A stretch of 64,000 nucleotides of DNA. Source: Bacteroidota bacterium. GTDB taxonomy: Bacteria > Bacteroidota > Bacteroidia > Bacteroidales > Tannerellaceae. The translations under genes were made by a program, and so were the position numbers. The stretch is from the NCBI GenBank assembly GCA_023429375.1, contig JAEYVY010000022.1, forward strand, positions 63,848-127,847, read 5' to 3'. A model generated the notes under the pieces. That model did no database searches, was not told the origin of the DNA, and saw nothing but the letters and a program-made list of their open reading frames with translations. This document shows positions 10,675 through 19,891 of this stretch, one piece after another (within the stretch, counting starts at the first letter, position 1; every line of letters begins with the position of its first letter).

Positions 10675-12327
10675 TTAAACAGGAATAATATCTTGTTCCT
10701 TTAGTAATTGTAAAGAAAGCTCCTTCAATTTGTATTTCTGAATCTTCCCGCTACCGGTCATAGGAAAGGCATCGACAAAGAAAATATATCTAGGAATCTT
10801 ATGTCGTGAAATCTTTCCCCGGCAGAAATCCCGTACTTCTTCTTCCGTTAATTCGGCTCCTTCGTGACGAATAATAAAGGCACCGACTTCTTCGCCGTAT
10901 TTCTGTGATGGAACAGCTGCCACTTGCACGTCTTTCACCCCTTTGAGATGATAGAGGAACTCTTCTATTTCACGTGGGTAGATATTTTCACCTCCGCGAA
11001 TAATCATATCTTTGATTCGGCCTGTTATCCGGAAATAGCCGTGTTCGTCTTTTGTGCCGAGGTCACCACTATGCAGCCATCCGTCTTTGTCAATCACCTC
11101 AGCGGTGGCATGCGGATTTTTGTAATATCCTTTCATGACGAGATAGCCCCGGCAGCAAACTTCTCCTTGCTCACCTACGGCACATTCCTGTCCCGTGTCC
11201 GGATTTACAATTTTAACTTCGGTAAATGGATACTCCTTGCCTACTGTTGTACATCTATTCTCGAAAGAGTCGCTGAGAACTGTATGCGTCATCCCTGGCG
11301 AACATTCTGTCAATCCATATACGCTGGTGATATGTGTAATATGCATCTTCTCAGTAACGGCACGCATTAATTCAATGGGGCAGAGGGCTCCTGCCATGAT
11401 GCCGGTCCGAAGCGAAGTGAGGTCGAACATATCGAACATGGGATGGTTCATTTCGGCAATAAACATGGTAGGCACACCATGCAGTACTGTACAGCGTTCT
11501 TTGTGTATCGAAGCCAAGACGACCAGCGGATTGAATCGCTCTACCATCACCTGTGTTGATCCATGGGTAAGGCTGCTCATCGTAGCCAGCACAACGCCAA
11601 AACAATGAAATAAAGGCACACAGCAACAGAGTTTGTCTTCGGACGTAATGCCCATTCCTTCACCCGTAAAGTAGCCGTTATTGGTGATGTTATAATGCGT
11701 AAGCATAACCCCTTTCGGGAATCCGGTTGTTCCTGAAGTATACTGCATGTTCACTACATCATGGCAATCAACATTTGCTTTTGCCTCTTGAAGGACAGCG
11801 TCATCTATATTTTCTCCAAGCAAAAGAATTTCCGGAGTGTTATACATCCCCCTGAACTTCTCTTGACCTATATAAACCACATTCTTCATTTCAGGGAATC
11901 GGCTGCTCTTTAGGAATCCCCGTTGGCTGGTTTTTAGTTCTGGGAGCATGGCATAGACCATGTCTATATAGTTGCTGTCGAATACCCCTTCGGTGATGCA
12001 TAGCGTATGAATATCTGCATTTTCCACTAGGAATTCCAGCTCATGCTGTTTGTAGTTTGTATTTATGGTGACCAATATAGCCCCTATCTTGGCTCCTGCA
12101 TAAAGAAACGTCAACCAGTCGGGTACGTTGGTTGCCCAGATGCCTACATGAGTTCCTTTTTTGACGCCCAGAGCCAATAGGCCTTTAGCCATGTTATCTA
12201 CCCGTTCGTTTAATGTTTTCCAAGTGAAGCGCAGATTCCTATCCGAATATACGATACTTTCTTTGTCCGGAGTCTGCCCAGCCCAATACTCCAGCCATTC
12301 ACCGATAGTCTTAGTTTGTAATTCCAT
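10675..12327 (-). CDS. AMP-binding acyl-CoA synthetase / fatty-acid-CoA ligase family protein
   Basis: AMP-binding signature [17 protein letters not shown] core and C-terminal GKIQKYKL lysine motif. Confidence 0.9.
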   Translation of the reverse strand: MELQTKTIGEWLEYWAGQTPDKESIVYSDRNLRFTWKTLNERVDNMAKGLLALGVKKGTHVGIWATNVPDWLTFLYAGAKIGAILVTINTNYKQHELEFLVENADIHTLCITEGVFDSNYIDMVYAMLPELKTSQRGFLKSSRFPEMKNVVYIGQEKFRGMYNTPEILLLGENIDDAVLQEAKANVDCHDVVNMQYTSGTTGFPKGVMLTHYNITNNGYFTGEGMGITSEDKLCCCVPLFHCFGVVLATMSSLTHGSTQVMVERFNPLVVLASIHKERCTVLHGVPTMFIAEMNHPMFDMFDLTSLRTGIMAGALCPIELMRAVTEKMHITHITSVYGLTECSPGMTHTVLSDSFENRCTTVGKEYPFTEVKIVNPDTGQECAVGEQGEVCCRGYLVMKGYYKNPHATAEVIDKDGWLHSGDLGTKDEHGYFRITGRIKDMIIRGGENIYPREIEEFLYHLKGVKDVQVAAVPSQKYGEEVGAFIIRHEGAELTEEEVRDFCRGKISRHKIPRYIFFVDAFPMTGSGKIQKYKLKELSLQLLKEQDIIPV

Positions 12328-12335
12328 AGTCTTTC

Positions 12336-12917
12336 TTAATAAGGCGTGTAAATGATACCTAAAATGCGGGCAGAACTGTCTTTTGCTGCATGTACATGAT
12401 GAGGCACGATAGAATCATAATAGATGCTGTCGCCTTCTGTCAGTGTATACGTATTCTTGCCGTAAATGATTTCAATCGCACCTTCGAGTACATAGATAAA
12501 TTCCTCACCTTCATGGGTTGAGGTTGTATAATCAGTATCCTCAATCGGGTTTACATCAACCAGAAAAGGCTCCATGTGGCGACCTGATTTATCTGGTGAA
12601 AGCGACTGATAAGACATATGCTTCTTATTTTGCTGCTCATTGTATGAGACGCTGATGCTTGCTTCGTCGTTCGTCTTGTTTTTGCGTGAGATGACAGGTC
12701 CCAAGGCTTCCTGATCGTCTAGGAAAGTGCCCAGCCGAACACCCAGTGCACGAGCAATTTTGATAAGTGGGGCTAAAGAAGGGAAGTCGGTATTATTCTC
12801 TATTCTTTTAATCTGTTCGATGTCTACCCCCGAGCGTTGGGCAATTTCTTCAAGGGTTAGCTGTTGTGAGTCCCGAATACTCTTAATCTTCTCACCGATG
12901 ATCTTGTTTTGTTTCAT
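12336..12917 (-). CDS. XRE-family HTH transcriptional regulator with C-terminal cupin domain
   Basis: N-terminal [36 protein letters not shown] is an HTH_3 pattern. The C-terminus [14 protein letters not shown]...PHHVH is cupin-like. Start moved to MKQNKII (ATG 12917); the upstream 45 codons are hydrophobic low-complexity. Lies 8 nt upstream of the acyl-CoA synthetase gene. Confidence 0.85.
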   Translation of the reverse strand: MKQNKIIGEKIKSIRDSQQLTLEEIAQRSGVDIEQIKRIENNTDFPSLAPLIKIARALGVRLGTFLDDQEALGPVISRKNKTNDEASISVSYNEQQNKKHMSYQSLSPDKSGRHMEPFLVDVNPIEDTDYTTSTHEGEEFIYVLEGAIEIIYGKNTYTLTEGDSIYYDSIVPHHVHAAKDSSARILGIIYTPY

Positions 12918-13108
12918 TTTATTATTTGTTATTTGTATGGTCTGAAATGTTGATAAATATAAGAATAATAGGCAAAAATACATTAAAATGCAATAAAACA
13001 AAAGAAGAGACTGTCTTTGTTTATGGAAATTCTCTGATCGGATGATTCTCACTGTGTATATGGCTGTTGTATCTCTTTTGTTGAATTTGTCAGGTTCGAA
13101 AACTTTAT

Positions 13109-13116
13109 TACTTTTG
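13109..13116 (+). promoter_or_regulatory. Bacteroidota -7-type promoter box TACTTTTG upstream of frr
   Basis: Matches the TAnnTTTG consensus for Bacteroides primary-sigma promoters, 39 nt before ATG 13155. Confidence 0.4.
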
Positions 13117-13154
13117 TTTTATAATTGGAAAATGATAACAAAACACGATTAATC

Positions 13155-13715
13155 ATGGTGGATACGAAACAAATTGTTAAAGCGGCAGAAGAAAAAATGG
13201 CTGCTGCGATAGAATTTCTTGACGAACAGCTGGCTCACATTCGTGCAGGAAAAGCAAATCCAAAAATTCTTGATGGTGTTAAGGTTCCCTATTATGGAAG
13301 CTTGGTTCCTCTGACTAATGTTGCTACCGTTACGACCCCTGATGCAAAAACGATTATGATTACCCCATGGGAGAAAAATCTAATTCGTGATATCGAAAAG
13401 GCGATAATGGACTCAGAAGTCGGCATCACTCCTGAAAATAATGGTGAAATCATTCGTTTGGGTATTCCTCCTCTAACGGAAGAACGTCGTCGCACCTTGG
13501 CTAAACAATCAAAGCAAGAAGCTGAAAATGCTAAAATCAGCATTCGTAATGCGCGTAGAGATGCTATCGAAGCACTTAAGAAGAGCGTTAAGGAAGGTGT
13601 TGCAGAAGATGTAGCCAAAGATGCAGAAGCAGATGCTCAGAAGATACATGATAAGTTCGTCAAAAAAGTAGATGAACTGTATGCTGCAAAAGAAAAAGAA
13701 ATTATGACTGTATAG
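13155..13715 (+). CDS. frr: Ribosome recycling factor
   Basis: 186-aa product with an RRF pattern throughout ([35 protein letters not shown]). Start moved to MVDTKQIV. Confidence 0.95.
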   Translation: MVDTKQIVKAAEEKMAAAIEFLDEQLAHIRAGKANPKILDGVKVPYYGSLVPLTNVATVTTPDAKTIMITPWEKNLIRDIEKAIMDSEVGITPENNGEIIRLGIPPLTEERRRTLAKQSKQEAENAKISIRNARRDAIEALKKSVKEGVAEDVAKDAEADAQKIHDKFVKKVDELYAAKEKEIMTV

Positions 13716-13721
13716 TCTGTT

Positions 13722-13745
13722 ATGAGGGTGCTGATGCACCCTCAT
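13722..13745 (+). terminator. Hairpin after frr (perfect 10-bp stem ATGAGGGTGC/GCACCCTCAT, 4-nt loop)
   Basis: Seen directly 6 nt after the frr stop. The T-tract that follows is weak (ACTATTATTCTT). Confidence 0.5.
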
Positions 13746-13768
13746 ACTATTATTCTTACAAAATACGA

Positions 13769-14701
13769 ATGAAGGGATTAGTTATAAAGAACACAGGCAG
13801 TTGGTATACCGTTCGTACAACTGACGGGCAGGATATCGAGTCTAAAATAAAAGGAAGCTTTCGCTTAAAAAATATACGCACAACTAATCCGATAGCTGTA
13901 GGCGATCGAGTGACGATCGACATAAACAATGAAGGAACCGCTTTTATCACTGAGATAGAAGAACGTAAAAACTATATCATTCGTAGGGCTTCCAATCTGT
14001 CTAAACAAGCCCATATCATAGCGACCAACCTCGATCAGGCTATTTTGATTGTGACGGTCAACTACCCAATCACCACCACCATTTTTATCGATCGTTTTCT
14101 GGCTACCGCCGAAGCGTATTCCATTTCTGTAAAGATTATCTTCAATAAGATAGACCGCTATAATTCAGTCGATAAGGCTCAAATGGAATCTTTGATAGGA
14201 CTATATACCTCCATAGGGTATAGTTGTGAAAAACTATGTGCGCTTACCGATGAGGGTATAGGTGACTTAAAAGAGCTGCTGAAAGGGAAAATTTCCTTGC
14301 TTTCAGGTCATTCCGGAGTAGGTAAATCCACCATCATCAACCGGCTTATCCCCGGAATTAATCTAAAGACCGGTACCATATCGGAATATCACAACAAGGG
14401 AATGCATACTACTACCTTCTCTGAGATGATTGCCCTGCCGGAGGGAGGATATATTATAGATACTCCGGGGATTAAAGGGTTTGGAACCATAGAAATGGAA
14501 GATGCCGAAATCTCACATTATTTCCCGGAACTATTCCGAATCTCTGAAGGATGCCGCTTTAATAATTGCACGCACCGACATGAGCCCGGATGTGCCGTGT
14601 TGGAAGCTGTCCATGAAAAGGAAATAGCCGAATCACGGTATAAAAGCTATCTCAGTATCTTGAAGGATAAGGAAGAGAGCAAGTATCGCGAAGAATACTG
14701 A
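13769..14701 (+). CDS. rsgA: Ribosome small-subunit-dependent GTPase A
   Basis: OB-fold N-terminus, circularly permuted GTPase (NKIDR ... [14 protein letters not shown]) and Zn-finger [16 protein letters not shown]. Confidence 0.93.
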   Translation: MKGLVIKNTGSWYTVRTTDGQDIESKIKGSFRLKNIRTTNPIAVGDRVTIDINNEGTAFITEIEERKNYIIRRASNLSKQAHIIATNLDQAILIVTVNYPITTTIFIDRFLATAEAYSISVKIIFNKIDRYNSVDKAQMESLIGLYTSIGYSCEKLCALTDEGIGDLKELLKGKISLLSGHSGVGKSTIINRLIPGINLKTGTISEYHNKGMHTTTFSEMIALPEGGYIIDTPGIKGFGTIEMEDAEISHYFPELFRISEGCRFNNCTHRHEPGCAVLEAVHEKEIAESRYKSYLSILKDKEESKYREEY

Positions 14702-16030
14702 TTAAACGGCCGGAAGCCCCATTCCCGTAATCTTGCGGTACAAGTCGAGGGCATATACATCCGTCATCCCTGAAATATAATCCAATACACATTGAATCTT
14801 TCCATAAGTAGTTGGCATGCTTGTGTCGTACTGATCCGGTATACGCTGCAATAGCAATTGACTGTAAGCATGATCCTGTTTCATGACTGCGGTTGTCAGG
14901 CTGTCAATCAGATAACTGAAGATATGATAACCGGCCAGCTCTATGTCGAGCACTTCCTTGGCTTTGTAAATCTTTTTGAATGCCATTTCCGAACAGGCCT
15001 TGTAGGCCTGGTTTGACTGTGGTTCTATTTGTTTGATCAGTGGTCCTTCGAACGTTCCTCTTAAAATGCTTTCCTCGTTTTCAATGAACACACGTGAACA
15101 TTCATCCACCAAAAGACCAATGATCGACGAGCGCAGATAGCCCAATTGTTCGTTAACATCGTCTACCATTCGCATGATACGAGTGATATGCGCAAGCTTT
15201 TCTCCCGTGAAGAAACCTAATAACAAATCAATCGCTTCTTCACTGGTTAGGATATGCAGTTTGTGTGCATCTTCAATATCCATAATCTGGTAGCAGATAT
15301 CATCGGCAGCTTCAACCAGATAAACCAAGGGATAGCGAGCGTAGATATTCTTTTCTTCGTCGAGCTTACGTATGCCTAACTCTGTAGCAATACGTTTGAA
15401 AGATTCCTCTTCGGTTTGAAAGAAACCGAATTTGTTTTTCTTTATGGACTGTGTAGATGGATACGGATACTTAACGATAGAGGCTAAGGTGCTATAGGTA
15501 AGAGCAAACCCACCTTTTCTTCGTCCGATAAACTGATGGGTGAGGAGCCGCATGGCATTGGCATTGCCTTCAAAATGGACAAAATCTTCCCACCGTCCGC
15601 CTTCATCGCGCACTTGTTGCTCGTATTTCATTCCTTTCCCTTCAAAGAAATAAGCCGAAATGGCACGTTCGCCGGAATGTCCGAATGGAGGGTTACCCAT
15701 GTCATGAGCCAGACAGGCTGCCGAAACGATGGCCCCCAGCTCACCAAAATTGGCTGTTTCTGCTCCATACTTACGACTTAGTGCACGACCCACATTATTT
15801 CCTAATGAACGTCCCACGCAGGACACCTCCAGACTGTGTGTCAATCGGTTGTGTACGAATATGCTGCCTGGAAGTGGGAATACCTGTGTCTTGTTCTGCA
15901 ACCTCCGAAAAGGTGACGAGAAGATAAGACGGTCATAATCACGTTGGAAATCCGTACGTTCGTGATGACGATCGTCGTGATATTCCTCCATACCGAAACG
16001 TTTGTCGGAAATAAGTTGTGTCCAGTTCAT
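14702..16030 (-). CDS. dgt: dGTPase-family deoxynucleoside triphosphate triphosphohydrolase (HD domain)
   Basis: RTDFQRDYDRLIFSSPFRRLQNKTQV, HNRLTHSLEV and CLAHDMGNPPFGHSGE motifs. Stop abuts the rsgA stop (convergent, 0-nt gap). Lies 3 nt downstream of the sirtuin gene. Confidence 0.9.
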   Translation of the reverse strand: MNWTQLISDKRFGMEEYHDDRHHERTDFQRDYDRLIFSSPFRRLQNKTQVFPLPGSIFVHNRLTHSLEVSCVGRSLGNNVGRALSRKYGAETANFGELGAIVSAACLAHDMGNPPFGHSGERAISAYFFEGKGMKYEQQVRDEGGRWEDFVHFEGNANAMRLLTHQFIGRRKGGFALTYSTLASIVKYPYPSTQSIKKNKFGFFQTEEESFKRIATELGIRKLDEEKNIYARYPLVYLVEAADDICYQIMDIEDAHKLHILTSEEAIDLLLGFFTGEKLAHITRIMRMVDDVNEQLGYLRSSIIGLLVDECSRVFIENEESILRGTFEGPLIKQIEPQSNQAYKACSEMAFKKIYKAKEVLDIELAGYHIFSYLIDSLTTAVMKQDHAYSQLLLQRIPDQYDTSMPTTYGKIQCVLDYISGMTDVYALDLYRKITGMGLPAV

Positions 16031-16033
16031 GCT

Positions 16034-16726
16034 TTATTTTAATTGCTTTACCAGTTCTGTTAGTTGTTTGACTCCTTTCGAAGCCGTTGCTTTAATGAAA
16101 TGAATATCTATGCGGTTAGTCATTACCTCTTTGGGATCGATCAGATAAATAGGGCAACCCTTGCGTACATAGGAGATCAGCCCTGCGGCCGGATAAACAT
16201 TCATCGAAGTGCCGATAATTACAAACATATCGGCTTCTTGCACCCAATCAATTGCCGGATCAATCATAGGAACGGGTTCGCCGAACCAAACAATAAACGG
16301 TCGCTTTTGTGCTCCATCGGGAGCTTTATCACCGAGCTTTAAATCCGGATTTTCCGGGTCTATATCGTAGGCCGTACGCAGATTGTTGACCGAGCAATAT
16401 TTCATGAGCTCTCCATGCAAGTGGATCACTTTCTTGCTTCCGGCCTGCTCGTGGAGGTTGTCTATATTCTGGGTAATAATACATACATCAAAGTACTTTT
16501 CCAAGGCAACAAGTCCTGTATGTCCACCATTAGGTTTGCATGTCAGTAATTGACGACGACGCTGGTTATAGAAATCCAACACCAGCTCCGGATTGGCTGC
16601 GAAACCTTCCGGCGTTGCCACATCTTCCACGCGATAGCGTTCCCATAAACCATCTGAGTCTCTGAACGTGGATATGCCACTTTCTGCACTCATTCCGGCA
16701 CCTGATAAGACAACTAATTTTTTCAT
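16034..16726 (-). CDS. cobB: NAD-dependent protein deacylase (Sir2/CobB family), Zn-ribbon cysteines absent
   Basis: GAGMSAESGISTFRDSDGLW, QNIDNLHEQAG and catalytic HLHG motifs. Only one Cys lies where the CxxC...CxxC Zn module normally sits. Confidence 0.88.
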   Translation of the reverse strand: MKKLVVLSGAGMSAESGISTFRDSDGLWERYRVEDVATPEGFAANPELVLDFYNQRRRQLLTCKPNGGHTGLVALEKYFDVCIITQNIDNLHEQAGSKKVIHLHGELMKYCSVNNLRTAYDIDPENPDLKLGDKAPDGAQKRPFIVWFGEPVPMIDPAIDWVQEADMFVIIGTSMNVYPAAGLISYVRKGCPIYLIDPKEVMTNRIDIHFIKATASKGVKQLTELVKQLK

Positions 16727-16746
16727 AACCCGATTATTTTCTATTA

Positions 16747-16754
16747 CAAACCTA
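16747..16754 (-). promoter_or_regulatory. -7-type promoter box TAGGTTTG upstream of cobB
   Basis: TAnnTTTG match on the minus strand, 20 nt before the cobB ATG (16726). Confidence 0.35.
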
Positions 16755-16790
16755 ATAAAAATTATGAAATATACCGATACCTTTTAATTT

Positions 16791-16859
16791 CTATATCTAT
16801 GAAAAAACTTTTCTATATATATAGAAAAACTTTACTATATATATGGAAAAAGAAAAAGA
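16791..16859. repeat. Array of three tandem 22-bp units with 12-bp palindromic cores (copy 1 of a dispersed element)
   Basis: Units are CTATATCTATGAAAAAACTTTT, CTATATATATAGAAAAACTTTA and CTATATATATGGAAAAAGAAAAAGA. 60/69 positions match 50511-50579 by manual alignment. Confidence 0.8.
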
Positions 16860-16919
16860 TCTCGGTGTTTTTAGAATTTCATCCCAATCTTTTTGAAAAA
16901 ATATAGGGGAGAAAAAATG

Positions 16920-16950
16920 AAAAGGCTGTATGGATTAGATACAGCCTTTT
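16920..16950 (-). terminator. Intrinsic terminator after the M16 peptidase gene
   Basis: Stem GGCTGTAT/ATACAGCC with a 7-nt loop, flanked by A-run and T-run. On the minus strand it is followed by TTTTCATTTTTT. Confidence 0.65.
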
Positions 16951-16975
16951 CGAATATGTAAATAATAGGAAATTC

Positions 16976-19792
16976 TTATGCTGCAGGAGTCATAACAACT
17001 TCTATTACATTCTTTTGATCTGTTAATTTCTTTAATGTTTCCTGAATCAGTGCAGGTGTTAAGGCATTAACTGCTTTCTTATAATCGTTCAGACTGTCGA
17101 TACCATCTTCGTAGTACGATTTGATAACACCTCTCCACCAACTGTTTTCACGCAGGTTTTCGTCGTAATTCTTCAGCATGTTTTCCTGAATCTTTTTGAC
17201 TGATTCCGGAGTTGGTCCGTTAGCAACGATGCCTTCTACTTCTTGGTGAATAATAGCCATTAAGCGTGCTTGCTTTTCAGGATCGGTATCAAATTGCATT
17301 TGAAGCGTAGCCTGTTCGATGGGTGTGTTGCCTATTGATCCGCGTACTCCTACGCCGTATGTACCTCCTTCTTTTTCACGAATTGTTTCCAAATAACGGT
17401 CGAAAAGTAGGTTCTCGATTGCTTTAATAATCACCTGATTTTGCAAGGTGAATGGAAGGTCTCCTTTATAATAAATGAAGTTTGAAGCTTTCTTCACTTC
17501 CATCTCCTTTGTGAAGTAGTTTTGCACCTTTCCTTTTGGAGAACGCACTTGATGATCAGTATAATTTTCTTTGATTTGCTCTGAAGGCAATCCTCCTAAG
17601 TAAGTGCAGATTGACTGGCGCGTTTGCGGATCTTTCGGATCGATGTTACCTACAAAAATGAATGTGAAATCAGCAGGAATAGCAAATCGTTCTTTAAAGA
17701 TAGCCAGGGCCTTGTTTTGATCTATCTGATCTACTTTATCCAATTTGAGTGAGATTGTACGAGGGTGATGGTTGGTTACTACCTGTCCAATCGAATCGGA
17801 GAATGCTTGACGTGGATCTTTTTCGGCATTAGACAGACTGGTCTTCAACATGTTGATGAATGCCTGATGGCTATTGTCGTCTTTGCGTACCGCGGTGAAA
17901 TGAAGGTAAACCAATTGAAGCATAGTCTCGAAGTCTGAAACAGAAGAGTTTCCGTTGAAGCCTTCTTCAAATTCGCTGATATAAGGGTTTACTCTGGCAA
18001 TTTTGCCTGTCAATGCTTTTTGAAGGTTGATACGGCTGAACTCACCTAATCCATTATTGCTAACGATACTTGCTGCAAGAGAAGCTGATAAGAGATCGTC
18101 TATATTGTTTACCTTCGACGTTCCTCCATCGCTGAAGGCTGTCAGCAAGATTTCATCTTTTTTGAATTCAGTCTGTTTGAGAAGGACTTTTACACCGTTG
18201 CTCAAGGTCCATTCCGTTATACCTAATTGCTTGTTTTCTGTCTCTTTGACGATGCTTCCAGCTGTCGGAATGTCTTTAATGATGGGCTTGCTCAGGTCTT
18301 CTTCTGCTCGTGCTGTCAACTCTGTTTTAGCTGCTTTTTCGAAGGCGGCTAAAATCTGTGTGTTGTCGGGTAGTTTTACTGATTCTTTCTCCGGAGCAGT
18401 AATGCTTAGGATGAGATTCTTGTCCGTAACGTACTGTTGAGCTATTTTGTTAATAGCTTCAGAGCTTATCATCGGCAACATGGATTGAAGCATTTGATAT
18501 TCCCATTCAATACCTGGTATAGCTTCGTCTTCAAGAAAATGATTTACATATTCACGTACATACGACGAACTTTTTTGATGATTTCTATCATTATAAGCCT
18601 TTTCTATTCTTTTCAAAAGGTCGGTTTTTGCTCTTTCAAGTTCTGATGTGGTAAAACCAAAGCGTTTGATCTTTTCGGCTTCCAAAACCAATGCATCAAG
18701 TCCTTCTTGTTCTTTTGACTCTTTAGGTATTCCAACCAGGATGAAAGCATCTTTCGGCCTGACCAGGTTGCCGTAATAACCGTATCCGGCTACGAATGGA
18801 GCATTTGCCTCTTGCGTGATTTCTGAAAAACGATTGTTAATCATAGTGGAAATCAAATAGTTGTAGATGTAATGAGAGTAGCCGCCCACTGATTTCTTTA
18901 TTTCTTTAGGCAGAGGGTCTTTCTTGTAATCCAAACGGATGGTGGTATGAGGAGCCTCAGGATCTGTTATAACGGCAATGATTGGTTCGTCGTTGTCGGG
19001 CAATTCATGTACAGGGCGTTCGCCTGCATTAGGTTTGCGAGGAATATCACTGAACAGGGTCTTGATTTTAGCTTCGATCTGGTCTACATCGATATCGCCC
19101 ACAACAATGATTGCTTGCAGATCCGGACGGTACCATTTGTGGTAAAAGTCGCGGATTGTTTGATGATCAAAATTCTTGATTACGGCTGTATCACCAATCA
19201 CATCACGCTTGGCATATTGCGAACCCGGGTATTTCAGTGCATTACCTTTCTTCCACATACGTCTGTTAGCTCCTTGTCCTGTACGCCACTCTTCGGTGAT
19301 GACACCTCGTTCGTTATCGATTTCTTCTCCTTCAAGCAGAATGAAACTTGACCAGTCGTGAAGTACGAGCAGAGCGCTATCGATAATCCCTTCGCGTGTG
19401 GTAGGAACAGAAGAGAGGTTGTAGACGGTTTCGTCTAATGAGGTATAGGCATTAATTTCATAACCGAAACGAACGCCGATGGATTCCATATAATTGATTA
19501 TCCCTTTTCCGGGGAAATGCTTTGTTCCGTTGAAAGCCATGTGTTCCAAAAAGTGGGCTAGCCCATTTTGGTCGTCGTTTTCAAGACTGGCGCCTACATT
19601 TTGAGCGATATAAAACTCGGCGCGATCTTTAGGCTCTTGATTGGCACGGATATAATAAGTCAGTCCGTTTTCTAACGTACCGTATCTCAAGTCCTTGTCT
19701 AATGGAAGTGTGAGGAATTGTTGAGCTTGTATTCCAGTGAGGGCAGCAATCCATGCAGTGAATAGAAATACCAGTTTTCTCTTTTTCTTCAT
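16976..19792 (-). CDS. M16-family (pitrilysin/insulinase-like) zinc metallopeptidase, secreted
   Basis: Signal peptide, inverted Zn motif HFLEHMAFNG (HxxEH), and a tandem M16 active plus inactive domain length of about 940 aa. Start moved to MKKKRKL. Confidence 0.9.
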   Translation of the reverse strand: MKKKRKLVFLFTAWIAALTGIQAQQFLTLPLDKDLRYGTLENGLTYYIRANQEPKDRAEFYIAQNVGASLENDDQNGLAHFLEHMAFNGTKHFPGKGIINYMESIGVRFGYEINAYTSLDETVYNLSSVPTTREGIIDSALLVLHDWSSFILLEGEEIDNERGVITEEWRTGQGANRRMWKKGNALKYPGSQYAKRDVIGDTAVIKNFDHQTIRDFYHKWYRPDLQAIIVVGDIDVDQIEAKIKTLFSDIPRKPNAGERPVHELPDNDEPIIAVITDPEAPHTTIRLDYKKDPLPKEIKKSVGGYSHYIYNYLISTMINNRFSEITQEANAPFVAGYGYYGNLVRPKDAFILVGIPKESKEQEGLDALVLEAEKIKRFGFTTSELERAKTDLLKRIEKAYNDRNHQKSSSYVREYVNHFLEDEAIPGIEWEYQMLQSMLPMISSEAINKIAQQYVTDKNLILSITAPEKESVKLPDNTQILAAFEKAAKTELTARAEEDLSKPIIKDIPTAGSIVKETENKQLGITEWTLSNGVKVLLKQTEFKKDEILLTAFSDGGTSKVNNIDDLLSASLAASIVSNNGLGEFSRINLQKALTGKIARVNPYISEFEEGFNGNSSVSDFETMLQLVYLHFTAVRKDDNSHQAFINMLKTSLSNAEKDPRQAFSDSIGQVVTNHHPRTISLKLDKVDQIDQNKALAIFKERFAIPADFTFIFVGNIDPKDPQTRQSICTYLGGLPSEQIKENYTDHQVRSPKGKVQNYFTKEMEVKKASNFIYYKGDLPFTLQNQVIIKAIENLLFDRYLETIREKEGGTYGVGVRGSIGNTPIEQATLQMQFDTDPEKQARLMAIIHQEVEGIVANGPTPESVKKIQENMLKNYDENLRENSWWRGVIKSYYEDGIDSLNDYKKAVNALTPALIQETLKKLTDQKNVIEVVMTPAA

Positions 19793-19846
19793 AATCATCA
19801 TTTTTAAATATTTTGATAAAAGTAGCTAGAAAAATGCACTTTGATA

Positions 19847-19883
19847 AAAAAAGACCGGGAAGATATCGAAAGATTCTTCCCGG
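19847..19883 (-). terminator. Intrinsic terminator after the esterase gene
   Basis: Stem CCGGGAAGA/TCTTCCCGG (9 bp), followed on the minus strand by TCTTTTTTTAT. Confidence 0.65.
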
Positions 19884-19891
19884 AGTTTATC

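Noticed and set aside
12918-13052. 45-codon N-terminal extension of the HTH-cupin ORF in the six-frame track
   Set aside because: The extension is hydrophobic and low-complexity (LLLFYCILMYFCLLFLYLSTF) and overlaps the divergent promoter region. The HTH domain begins right after the internal ATG at 12917.
16791-16859. Possible miniature CRISPR array (also 50511-50579)
   Set aside because: The units abut directly with no spacers, are only 22 bp, and number three per locus. No cas genes are in the window.
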